NCBI RefSeq assembly: GCF_000315625.1
Contig: NW_005434553.1
Span: forward strand, 97,170-161,169
DNA length: 64,000 bases
Origin: Guillardia theta CCMP2712
Taxonomy: Eukaryota; Protista; Cryptophyta
Reading direction: 5' to 3'
Made by a program: the position numbers and the translations under genes. The notes below the pieces were generated by a model. That model did not search any database and was not told the origin of the DNA. It saw nothing but the letters and a program-made list of their open reading frames with translations. Below, piece after piece: positions 1 to 10,888 of the stretch (positions are counted from its first letter, which is position 1; every line of letters starts with the position of its first letter).

Positions 1-2665
1 GACGAGAACGTCTGGAGCTCCAGAGACCTGCGAGGCAGCGAAGAAGAGAAGGACAGAAGAGAGAGGGAGGTGGAGGGGGGGGGAGGAAGAGGAGGAGGAA
101 GGGGAGGAAGAGAAGGAGTTGAGTAAGAGGAGTGGCGCGGCAGGACGAGAAGGAAGTCAGTACCCCGAGCTGAAGTCCTCAGAGCGATGGCAGGGGAGCG
201 AGGTTCCTCGCTGGATCAGCTTGTGCATGATCCCTCCTTGCACTTCAATGCCAATGGATAGCGACACAGCCGCCTCCTCCCTCTCCTCCCTCCCCTTCTC
301 TGCTCGACTCCTCCTCTCCTCCAGCTGCTGCATGTGCGCGCATACTCCCTCAAGCACCACGTGATCCATCGGCATGGCAGCGGGAAGATTGAGCTTGCAG
401 GCATGTCAGAGCATCCCTCGCCTGCTCCTCCTTCTCTTTCTCCTCCTCCTCACTTGCGACCGGAACATGGATCGCAGCTTGTCCTGCACCGCCTTGATCT
501 CACAGCAGCCTCCCGCCACCAGCACATCGGCGATGCTCTCCTGCCGTACCTGCCATTCGCATGCCCACATGACTGAGGTGAAGGGCAGGAGAGGAGGTAG
601 AGGAGGCAGCGGCAGAGCTAGGGGAAGTGGGAGGGAGATAGAGGTAGGGCAGGAGATAGAGGTAGGGCAGGAGATAGAGGTAGGGCAGGAGATAGAGGTA
701 GGGCAGGAGATAGAGGTAGGGCAGGAGATAGAGGTAGGGCAGGAGATAGAGGTAGGGCAGGAGATAGAGGTAGGGCAGGAGATAGAGGTAGGGCAGGAGA
801 TAGAGGTAGGGCAGGAGGTAGAGGTAGGGCAGGAGATAGAGGTAGGGCAGGAGATAGAGGTAGGGCAGGAGTAGAGGTAGGGCAGGAGATAGAGGTAGGG
901 CAGGAGATAGAGGTAGGGCAGGAGATAGAGGTAGGGCAGGAGATAGAGGAGGCAGACTGACTGAGTTGTCCCCAAGGAGTTGAGAAGAGAGGGCAAGGAC
1001 TCTACAGCAGCAGGTCAAAGCAAGGCTGATCCTCTTGCTCCTCACCTGTCATAGATGTCCTCACAAAGCTCCTCCATCTTCTGTCGCGTCATGTGCACCT
1101 TCAGCCTCCGAGCCTGTTCCCCCCTCAGCTCCCCCTCAGCTCCCCCTCAGCTCCCCCTCAGCTCCCCCTCAGCTCCCCCTTCTTCTCTCTTACCTTATCA
1201 ACTTGATCAACTTCGATCGTCGTCTGCTCCTCTGAGCACAAGACTCGCTTGGCGTCATCGCAGGCGACGAGCACACGAAACATGAGCTGCTAGACGTCAG
1301 CTGAGAAGGTTGCTCTGCCTCTCACCTCCTTATCGTCTCGCAGGTCGACACCGTGACAGGCCTGATACTCCGCAAACAAAACTTTGCTAGCCGCTGAACG
1401 AAAGAGAGCAAGTGAGATACAACTATCATCACCTCCTCTCATACTCTCATACTCTCATACTCTCATACTCTCATACTCTCATACTCTCATACTCTCATAC
1501 TCTCATACTCTCATACTCTCATACTCTCATACTCTCATACTCTCATACTCTCATACTCTCATACTCTCATACTCTCATACGCTGTCAGTCTGACCTTGTC
1601 CATTTCTCGCCCGCTGGTCTTAAAATCTTGGAGGCTGTCCAGCACTTGCAGCTCGTGATCCTCGAGCTTAAGGAGAGAGACCCGCAAGGCCATGGCTGAC
1701 ACCAGCCACGTCAGAGCGAGGAGGGAAGCGAGCCGAAGCCCTAGGACAAGGACTAGTGATGACGATCCGGAGGAGGAGGAGGAGGAGGAGGTGGTGGTGG
1801 TGGTGGTGGTCAAGATAGAGATGTAGAGGATGCGCTGCTTGTAGGAGTTTCACCTCCGAAGTTAACAGTGAGGGCGAGGCGACGGTGAGCTTTCCTACCG
1901 TGCCTTCACTCTCTTCATCTCCTCCTCCTCCCATACCTCTCGTATCCGTACGCCTTGCCTATCGCCACCGGCTCCGTCACAAACTCCACCCCCTGTCGCG
2001 CGCTTGAGAGTTGAAGGAGCCAGAAAACGTCACCTGCGCGATGCCGCATCTCTTGAGCACATCTTGGAGGAACTGAAGGAGGCGTAAGGGCTGGGGGAAG
2101 AGGAGAAGAAGGGCCCGACCTCCTTCTGCATGTCGTTGAACAGCTCAGGTACCGCCATCACTGCTGTAAGCTGCTCCTTCTGCACCTCCTCTCCCATGGC
2201 CGAAGAGAGCAGCTCGGTCACGAGCATGGCGGTGAGATCTTTCAGACTGATCTTCTCTATCATCCCTCGCTCATCCTTGCAGAGAACCTGAAGGGACAAG
2301 TCAAGGAGAAGCAGGGCAAGCACAGCTTCACTCACGCTGATCGCATCCTGACCTTGGCTGGCGTCTCGTTCCAGCCATAGCATGTGATCCTTGTCCAAGA
2401 GTTCGTCGTCCTCTCCTCTCCTCCCCACCAGCCTCATCAGGTCATAAGCCGCAGCTCTCGGATGCTCCCGCCCGATCCTCCGCCCCTCCTCCCCGCAGTG
2501 CCACTTCCCCTCGAAGCGACAGAGCCATGCTGGCGCCAGGCGGCGCTTCCATGGTCCACGCGCACGGGAAGGCACAAGAGCTCTCGCGTCTTCCCCCTCC
2601 CTCTCCTCTCCTCGCACGCAAACTCCCCATGTCGCCGACCCCACCGCCAACCCAACTGCTGCCAT
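1..2665 (-). CDS. Divergent Hsp70-family protein, multi-exon, continues past window start
   Basis: Exon translations resemble Hsp70 blocks in order: [16 protein letters not shown] (cf. GIDLGTT), [23 protein letters not shown] (cf. AVITVPAYFNDAQRQ), [13 protein letters not shown] (cf. INEPTAAALAYG), [36 protein letters not shown] (cf. VVLVGGSTRIPKVQ), [23 protein letters not shown] (cf. [23 protein letters not shown]). Confidence 0.72.
635..948. repeat. 18-bp minisatellite (GAGATAGAGGTAGGGCAG) x~17, inside an Hsp70-like intron
   Basis: Directly visible tandem repeat with no spacers. Confidence 0.95.
1120..1180. repeat. 11-bp tandem repeat (CCCCCTCAGCT) x~5, intronic
   Basis: Directly visible. 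Confidence 0.9.
1435..1580. repeat. 8-bp tandem repeat (ATACTCTC)n, intronic
   Basis: Directly visible; it produces the spurious SYSHTLIL ORFs. Confidence 0.95.
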
Positions 2666-2849
2666 CCCGCTGTTACTCCCGGCTAGGGCCCTGGACCCCA
2701 CCCCTTCCTTCCCCTTCAGATGAACCCTACCTTCTCCATAACACAAATGTGACTTGTCCGCACGCCTTTTTGAATTCCGACCCGGCGGGGCTCGCCCGGG
2801 CCCCCCCCGCGGCCGGCCGCCGTCGCCGGCGGTGAGTGCTTCTTGGAGG

Positions 2850-4470
2850 GCACTGAGTTTTACTCGCATAAGGTAAAAAGTGCCTCAAGCAGAAGAAAGC
2901 AGCAACAAGCAGAAGCGTCAAACACACGAAACACAAGACCGAAAGTAACCAGCACTGCTGGCAACCAGACCCTACACTGCCCGGCCAGCCCACGCGGCAA
3001 GCGAGGCCGCCGAGACCGAGACCGCCATTGACGGCGACGACGCTGCAGCAGTGCCCAAGGACCCCGTCGGGGGGGGGAGCCGCTCTCCGGAGGCATCAGA
3101 CGTCCGACTGGCACACTGTGCGGATGGACGGAAAGGCGGGCTCCAGCGCCACTCTTGATGCCGTTCCATCGTCCGGGAGTCCGAGACTTCCGGTGCCAGA
3201 CTCCTCCGGGGCGACTCGACAAAGTCCGAGGAGGAGGTGTCCTCGAGGAGCGATTGCTCACACGACGGTAGAGGATCGCTCCAGCATTATGAACCATGTG
3301 AACGAAGTCGTGCGCCTCAACGAAGAAGGTCGCCAGAGGATGCTTCTGGGCACGGAAAGATCTCGAGCAGTGAACGTCCAGGCTATGAGGAGAGGGCAGC
3401 GACCGTGACATTGGCTGGTCAGAGTACCAAGCGAGGAAGCGAGCGATAGCCGTATAGTAAACAGCGGGGTGTAGACCCTCAGAGGGCGTGAACTCGTCCC
3501 CTCCTCGACTATGCGGAAGCTCCCGCTTGAACCTCGCAAACTCTAGCAGGTCGGGATGCGCGGCGAGGTACTGCGAGGAAGGCCAGCGGTGGTATTTCTC
3601 AAGCGCCAGGTGGACAGAGAGGTCTGCTTGAGGCACTTTTTACCTTCTGCGAGTAAAACCACAAAAGCAGCGTGCCAAGCTAAACCTGCATGCACACAGC
3701 GCCACAGCGAGAAGCTGCACAAACACACACAAAAAAAAGACCAAAAGTAACCAGCACTGCTGGCAACTGTCAGCAGACCCGGCACCGCCAGCCTACGCGC
3801 GAAGCCACGCAGCCTCAAGCAACAGTCGCTAGGAGGGGTAACAAACTCAGCAGGAGGGGACGTCCGAAATGAAACTCCCTTTGGTCGGCACTTCGTTGCT
3901 GCTGAGGTCTTGGCTCGCAAACGCGCCGCCACCTATCAGCGCCTCACCATGCAGCTGACGCTGGAGGCGCTCCTATCTGGTGCGAGGCGCATGACGCCCT
4001 TGCGTTCGCAAGCACTTCTCGAGCCAGAGGACAGCTCCTCCTCGGACTTTGTCGAGTCGCCCGAGGGATGACGGATTTACTGGCAGAAGGTAAAAAGTGC
4101 CTCAAGCAAAAGAAAGCAGGAACAAGCTAAACCTCCTGGCACACAGCGCACAGCGAGAAGCCGCACAATCACACACAAAACACACGCCCGAAAANNNNNN
4201 NNNNNNNNNNNNNNNNNNNNNNNNNNNNNNNNNNNNNNNNNNNNNNNNNNNNNNNNNNNNNNNNNNNNNNNNNNNNNNNNNNNNNNNNNNNNNNCTCCAA
4301 ATAGTATGCCTGACGGTTTTGCTTGTTGCTGCTGTCTTCTGCTTGAGGCACTTTTTACCTTATGCGAGTAAAACTCAGTGCCAGAAAGGTCGGGGTGCGC
4401 GGCGAGGTACTGTGAGTTTAGCCAGCGGTGGTGCAGTTCTCGAGGCGGCCAGGTGGACAGACAGGCTCTC
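2850..4470. repeat. Scrambled multi-copy repeat family with modules in both orientations; further copies at ~6235-6675
   Basis: Motif TTACT(C/G)GCA(G/T)AAGGTAAAAAGTGCCTCAAGCA at ~2860(+), ~3625(-), ~4076(+), ~4340(-), ~6458(+). Shared modules CACAGCGAGAAGCTGCACAA and AACCAGCACTGCTGGCA. 3085-3165 is a reverse-complement match to 6360-6430, and 3205-3245 to 4025-4065. Confidence 0.85.
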
Positions 4471-4639
4471 GGAGATCACCGGGTCAAAGCGACGAATGAT
4501 CTGTGACTGGCCCGTGGACTCGCGAGAGAAACGGAGATGACCCCTGGAAGAAGCGAAGCTTCGCCGGCGGGCTGGAGATGGCTTGCCCTCACCAGCGTCC
4601 TCGTTGAGGGTATTGAAGACCTTTACTCTGATCGGACGG

Positions 4640-5300
4640 AGTTGACTGGCACTGCATGAAAACCACCGGTTGCCACGGTGCCCATCAGGAGCCTCGGGAC
4701 CGAGGATCCCCGACTATATCGCCGCTCAGCTACCGTACTGTCCGAGTAAGGTTCAACGGTTCAACGGTTCAACGGTTCAACGACGGTTGCCCGGGACTCA
4801 TCACTGAGTCATGGCATGCGGCTGAGTGCGCCGGCGCAGCCTATCCCGGAGGACTGTGACGAACTTAGAAAGTGCCGCCTGACAGTGTGTGTTTGCGCGG
4901 CACACTGCCGCTGAGCTTTTATCGGGACGGTCCCCGGGGCCCCGGATCACATGATCGGATCGCGTGGCTGCAGTGGCGGCCCGGCAGTGCCCGGCAGCGC
5001 CGGGCGCGGCCCGGGCNNNNNNNNNNNNNNNNNNNNNNNNNNNNNNNNNNNNNNNNNNNNNNNNNNNNNNNNNNNNNNNNNNNNNNNNNNNNNNNNNNNN
5101 NNNNNNNNNNNNNNNNNNNNNNNNNNNNNNNNNNNNNNNNNNNNNNNNNNNNNNNNNNNNNNNNNNNNNNNNNNNNNNNNNNNNNNNNNNNNNNNNNNNN
5201 NNNNNNNNNNNNNNNNNNNNNNNNNNNNNNNTGCCATAATCCGCGCTTCACCTTGCGGGGGGGCGACTCAGTGAGGCTTGAGCGGTGGTCTCATGCGATC
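4640..5300. promoter_or_regulatory. GC-rich micro-palindrome island (core partly in gap) between divergent Hsp70-like and FKBP genes
   Basis: CCCGGG/GCCGGC/GGCCC-dense core, (GGTTCAAC)x4, ACTCA..TGAGT hairpins. Regulatory role inferred from position only. Confidence 0.5.
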
Positions 5301-5309
5301 TAAGGAGTC

Positions 5310-8300
5310 ATGCAGGAGGAAAATGGATGGGAAGAAGTTAGCGAGGAGCAAGCGAATGAATTCTTAGTCGACGAAGACAACGAAGGGTGAACCCTCTTCG
5401 TCCCCATCCCTCCCCTCGTCGCTCCTTACCAACGCTCTCTTCTCCTCCCGGAAGCTGATGTCGTTCTCGCCAGCTGGGCAGGAAGGTCGTTTGAGGGCAA
5501 CATCCGATACAAGGTGCTGGAGGACGTGAACGCGTCTCAGCCGGGTGGAGCAGGAAGGTGAAAGGTTGAGAGGAGAGGAGCAGCGATAATGCCGAGAGCG
5601 AAGGGGATGGAAGAAGCCCAAGATGGGGGACCTGGTCGTCGTCACATGCAGGCGGCTTGATGAGGTAGAAGAAAGNNNNNNNNNNNNNNNNNNNNNNNNN
5701 NNNNNNNNNNNNNNNNNNNNNNNNNNNNNNNNNNNNNNNNNNNNNNNNNNNNNNNNNNNNNNNNNNNNNNNNNNNACATCAAGTAGATCGATCCTTCTGG
5801 TTCAGGACTGCTCCAGCTCAGCACCACCAAGAAGATGTGCGTATCGACTGATCAAAAATTCTCTCAGCCTCTTTTCATCGGCTCTCTCGATCGATCGCAA
5901 AATTGCAATTTGCTCTAATGAAGTCATCGAGTACTTTAGTGTGCTCACTCGGAGATAATTGTATGATCGCTGGTTAATCAAACTCTTCTTGGATTTGTTG
6001 CTTCTGGTATCAGTACAAGTCTCAATTTCCCTCATCTTTTAATGCAAGTGAACAAGACTCAGGATAGTCAATAGTGACTTCATAGCGTTTAAAATTGCTA
6101 AAGTTCTAAACTTATCAATCGACCTCTGCGATCAGCACTCAAGACTGTCACAAACTTCAGGTTAGTTCAACGGATCATTGATCAGTGACATCATAGCCTG
6201 CTGAGAACGCTCATTCTGCCAGTAAATCCACTATCTTGCACACAGTTCACAGCGAGAAGCTGCACAAACACACACAAATCACAAGCCCCAAAAGAACCAG
6301 CACAACCAGACGCGGCATCGCCAGCCCACGCGGCAAGCCACGTAGACAGGATTCCAACGGTGGAAGCATCAAGAGTGTCGCTGGAGAAGCCTTTCCGTCC
6401 ATCACTGTGACGTCTGATTCCTCCGGAGAGCTCGACGCCACTGGAGCAGGTAATGGATTTACTGGCAGAAGGTAAAAAGTGCCTCAAGCAAAACAAAGCA
6501 GGATCAAGCTGAACCGGCAGGCACACAGTCCACAGCGAGAAGCTGCACAATCACACACAAAACACAAGCCCGAAAAGAACCAGCACTGCTGGCACCCAGA
6601 CGCGGCAGCGCCAGCCCAAGCGCGAAGCCGCGCAGACAAGCAGCCTAAGGGTCAAGCAATCAAGCAACAAGCAGNNNNNNNNNNNNNNNNNNNNNNNNNN
6701 NNNNNNNNNNNNNNNNNNNNNNNNNNNNNNNNNNNNNNNNNNNNNNNNNNNNNNNNNNNNNNNNNNNNNNNNNNAGCGGGTGGGAGGGTCTGACTTGCGC
6801 GGCAGGTCATCACTCAAAGGATGAGCAGCAGGATGACGATGCTTGTGCGCTTTCGCGGTGATGCGTGTGATGTGGCGCTTGACTGGCGTCTGACTGGAAG
6901 CAGACGACTCTGAGGTCGTGAAGCTGGGGAAAGGATGGAGGTGAAGGGGCGGCAGGCATGGAAGGTCAAGGAGTTTCACGTGTCGCTGCATGGATGGCAC
7001 TCGGTGAGGCTGCTGGCCCCTGCTAGAAGAGTTGACGAGCCCCAAGGTCGTCGACCTCCTCGGAGACAGAACCGCCGTCATGATCGCATACTGGCAGGTA
7101 GGGGAGGAGGAGACGAGGAGACGAGGGTTATGGTGTGGAGATGAGGGGTGGGTGGGGACTTGGGAAAGGTTCTGAGTGGACGAGGCAGCATGAAGGGCAG
7201 ACGTTCCTCATTCCTGACGGGAGCAGAGTGACAGTCAAGGTCGGCGACAAGCTCCTCGACTTCATCGCAGGTGCTGCTTCCCCTGCCCCCTCTTCCACAC
7301 TGACTCAGCGGGAGGAAATGGTGAGATACCTCGCGCCGTAGAGAGTTTGTTATGCAGAACGGTGAGGAGGAAGAGGCTTGTGCATGAGCGTTGAGCCTGT
7401 GAGAGGGCAGCGGATGCGGTATGGGCAGGAGTGCGAGTTGAAGGTCGCGCCGCATCTGCTGACGGATGCGAGAGTCGAAGAGATCGAGAATGTCATGAGA
7501 GAGGAGGAGGAAGATGGAAGGCGGTCACGTTCAACATGACCTTTCTCAACCACACGCCTCCTTACCTTCTCGGGGTCAGTGAACCCTCTCGCCTTCTCTC
7601 CTCTTGTCTTGTCGTCCTTCTGATGCTCGTGCTGATCAGACGGAGGAGAGGTTGAGAGTGGCCAATTCGAGGAAGGAAGGTCTTGCCTGCCCTGCTTCTT
7701 GTCGCTCATGCTGCTGCAGTTGAAGGGCAACGAGATGTTCACTGCCGGCGATTTCGTCTCCGCCCTCATATGGTACGACAAGGTAAGTTGAGGTCGCGCG
7801 AATTCCCCAGCTGACTGCCTCAAGGCCTTCAGCATGGTCTCCAGCCCCAAGAGCTTCGGAGAAGAGGAGGACGAGGTACGACTTCTGTCGCTGCTTCTCA
7901 CCCCTCAGCTCCGACCACCTTCAGGCTCGCCAGGTCTGGGTCGCCTGCCACCTGAACCGAGCAGGTGCTGCCTGAGGCTCTACACGGGAGGATGAAAGTC
8001 TTGCAGCCTGCCATCTCAAGGAGAAGAGATATCAAGACACCATCGCTGACTGCGAGCGGTGAAGGAGGAGCGCGTGCACTGCCATGGCCACACTGACGAC
8101 CTGCAAGGGTGCTGGAGTTCGAGGGGGAGAAGAAGAACCTCAAAGCGCATCTGCGGCTGGCAGAAGGTGCAGCCATGCTGCCGTCTCACCTTCATCTCAC
8201 TGCTGGCAGCTGAGCTGGAGCTGCGGAATTATGACCGCGCAGAGATGATGCTGCTGGAGGTGCTGAGCTGAGAGCCCGAGCCTAGCTGATGCCTCGGCAG

Positions 8301-8470
8301 GCGCAATTGGCGCACTCGGACAACGCTGCGATCAAGCGACTGCAGGGGCTGGTGAGGTGAGAGGCTGAGGCGGGTCAGGTCAGAGCTTGAAAGGCAGCAG
8401 GATGAGGCGAGAGATGGACTTGAGGGACGAGAAGAAACTCTACGGAAAGATGCTCCACAAGGACACGTGA
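5310..8470 (+). CDS. Multi-domain FKBP-type PPIase-like protein with C-terminal TPR (FKBP62/ROF-like architecture), multi-exon
   Basis: Exon fragments KGWKKPKMGDLVVVTC, EFHVSLHGWHS, MRYGQECELKV; TPR-like KGNEMFTAGDFVSALIWYDK and NLKAHLRLAEG; C-terminal DEKKLYGKML typical of TPR-FKBP tails. The model spans two gaps and an inserted repeat. Confidence 0.6.
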
Positions 8471-8620
8471 CCAAGGCTGAGGCGATCCCGTCACAGGCTG
8501 AGGAGATACCGTTACAGCAGGAGATACCGTTACATTGTCTATAACAACCTTATCTACATGTCGTTGATCCTACACTACATGACACTCTGCTGGTCTTGGA
8601 GCTCGAACATTACTTTCAGC

Positions 8621-9022
8621 TCACCTCGTCGCTCGTCCCTCGACATGCTCCATCGCCTCTTCTAGCAACTCACTCCACTGCCAGCATGGCGCACAGCCCC
8701 AAGCATCTTGTGCTGGTTGTATGTCGTCACTTGAGTCTCTCGTGGGGTCGCTCGCTGGGACAGCATCGTCTGCTGGCTCGCACAAGGCGATTTCCTTGTC
8801 TTGGGGGTTGTGGAACCTCTGCCTGGAGTAAGGCCATCTCACCACACCAAGCTTGCGGCATGCGCTCTTGAAGGCTGTGAGCGAGAGCCCCAGATGCCTG
8901 GCAGCGTCTGCCTGCCTCTTGCTGAAGAGACCCACGATCAGCCCCATGTCCACACGCACAGGGCGACGAGGACCCCGACCACGCGGAAAGACTTGAGCGA
9001 CTTGAAGCCCGGCAGAAGACAT
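8621..9022 (-). CDS. RWP-RK domain transcription factor, intronless
   Basis: LFSKRQADAARHLGLSLTAFKSACRKLGVVRWPYSR matches the RWP-RK consensus. Confidence 0.85.
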   Translation of the reverse strand: MSSAGLQVAQVFPRGRGPRRPVRVDMGLIVGLFSKRQADAARHLGLSLTAFKSACRKLGVVRWPYSRQRFHNPQDKEIALCEPADDAVPASDPTRDSSDDIQPAQDAWGCAPCWQWSELLEEAMEHVEGRATR

Positions 9023-9230
9023 GACTAGCCGATACAATTCGAAATAGAGAAAGATGTTGACGATGAAAATATGATCACAATAGAATTACTGTCAGAGATA
9101 GTTGTTACAGCACTTATCAAGGTGGACGAGCTATTTTGAGCAGAAATCCTCGAATGGGCAACACTTTATGCAGGATCAAGTAGGAGGAGGAGGGATTGAG
9201 TAAGCCTGAGCAAGCCTGCGGAGGAAGGGA

Positions 9231-9306
9231 GGAAGTGGAGGTGAAGGAAGAGGAGATGAAGGAAGAGGAGGTGAAGGAAGAGGAGGTGAAGGAAGAGGAG
9301 GTGAAG
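9231..9306. repeat. 15-bp tandem repeat (GGAAGAGGAGGTGAA) x5
   Basis: Directly visible. Confidence 0.85.
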
Positions 9307-9379
9307 TAGAGTAGTAAAAGGGCGCCCGACGAAGTAAATCACTACTACTTGCAGTTGACTAAAACTAGCGTGAAATAGG

Positions 9380-10215
9380 TAGTCGCACGGATGGGTGGTA
9401 GAACGGGTGGGTTGGGTGGTTCACTTGAAGACCCCTGAAAGACTGCATATATGATGGGGTCATAGCCTAGATATTGTGGGGGGCGTAATAGATAGAGGGC
9501 CAGTTGCGCCCTGGTAAGATTCTTTTTTCGGGTGTAACAGGGGTGTGGTGAAAGGTGGGGGTAATGAGTGGGGATAGAGGGGGTGGTCATACAAGAACGA
9601 GCAAAGAGGGGGTGGATTTACAGCGAACCAGTCTCATCCCATGGGGTACTCCTATCTTATGTCGTGTCGGAGTCGGAGTCCCTTGCAGGGGTGGGTGGTT
9701 TCAACTCGTATGGTGGGGTAGTATCAGTGGACTCAGTAGTAGTAGAGCCTCGTGATTTGCCTCAAGTCGGGGAGCAATACGAGACACAAACTGAAATCCT
9801 GCTCACAAAAATCAAATCATGATTGATGCTGAACAGAACATTCAAAGCTTCCGGCCCACGCCGTGACCGTTCACCTTTGTAGGCACGGCGACATCCTCAC
9901 CTGTCACGTGACAGGCTGACTCGGGTGACCTCGCCTGACAGTCACCCGGCCACCAGGACTGCCGGCCGAGGGCCCGGGCCGGGCCCCACGGTCACTGAGA
10001 GTCAGGCTGAGACGGTTTCGAGCCCGGCGGGCCGGCCGGCTCAGTGGTTTAAAGGACCACCCTACCCCATGATTAGATTACCATCTATTGACTACGGGTA
10101 CATCGGTTTTCGTACCTTTTCTTCGCTGTGTAATAGTTCGGAACAGGCAGGGGTGCTGTTTGTCATACTGCTTTACAGGTAGGGTAGGGGTAACTACCCT
10201 ACCCTACCACAGCAG
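9380..10215. promoter_or_regulatory. Layered island (GGGT flank, GC palindrome core ~9850-10050, TACCC flank) between divergent RWP-RK and LACS genes
   Basis: Core GGCCGAGGGCCCGGGCCGGGCCCC and GGCCGGCCGG; flanks rich in GGGGTA/GGGTGG and CCCTACCCC. Confidence 0.55.
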
Positions 10216-10888
10216 ACCGTCACATCCTCTCTTATGGCTTGACGACTCAACTCTGCTATGCTCTGCCACCATCAACATCACCATCTCCTCCCTGACCTCC
10301 TTCCTCCTCCTCCTGCTTGTAGTCCGTGTTATCCTCGTCCTCGTTGCCACGAGATCGAAGATCGCTCACCGCCCTTGCGGCTTCCTCTCTTGCACTCAAG
10401 AATGGTGCAACACAAATGTTTACCTACTATACTCCTTTCCTCCTCCTCCTATCTCTTCCCCTCCCCTCGGGTTGATTTACCTCAGCTACTTCTGTCCTCC
10501 TGTTGTGAGGAGAAAAGCCAGGGAAAGAGAGCTCTCTGCCTGTATTGAGAGAGCTCTCTGCCTGTTTGGATTGCGAGGCCCGGTTGTTGGCCATGGTTCG
10601 TTCTCATTTCCGTTGTTGCAGGTTGCCTTGCCTTCTCGTCGGTGGACGTGATCGGACATTATGCCGTACTTGGACATCTCTGCCTTGTGCCGTCCGTGTG
10701 GCAGGGCTTGTCTGCTCCTCGCTCTCGCTGCGTCCTCGCTCTCCAGTGCCGACCGCTCCTTCCTCCCTGAGTCTCGTCGACCCGTCTTGCTTCCTCGCAG
10801 GCCTCTGGGCCTCCTCAGCTTGCGAGGAGGAAGAGGAGGAAGAGGACTCTTAGGTGAGGTGGCCCCGCCGGTTCGAACACGTGACGTC

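Noticed and set aside
635-948. 18-bp repeat as a CRISPR array or EIEVGQ repeat protein
   Set aside because: No spacers and no cas genes; it is a simple minisatellite inside an intron of the opposite-strand Hsp70-like gene.
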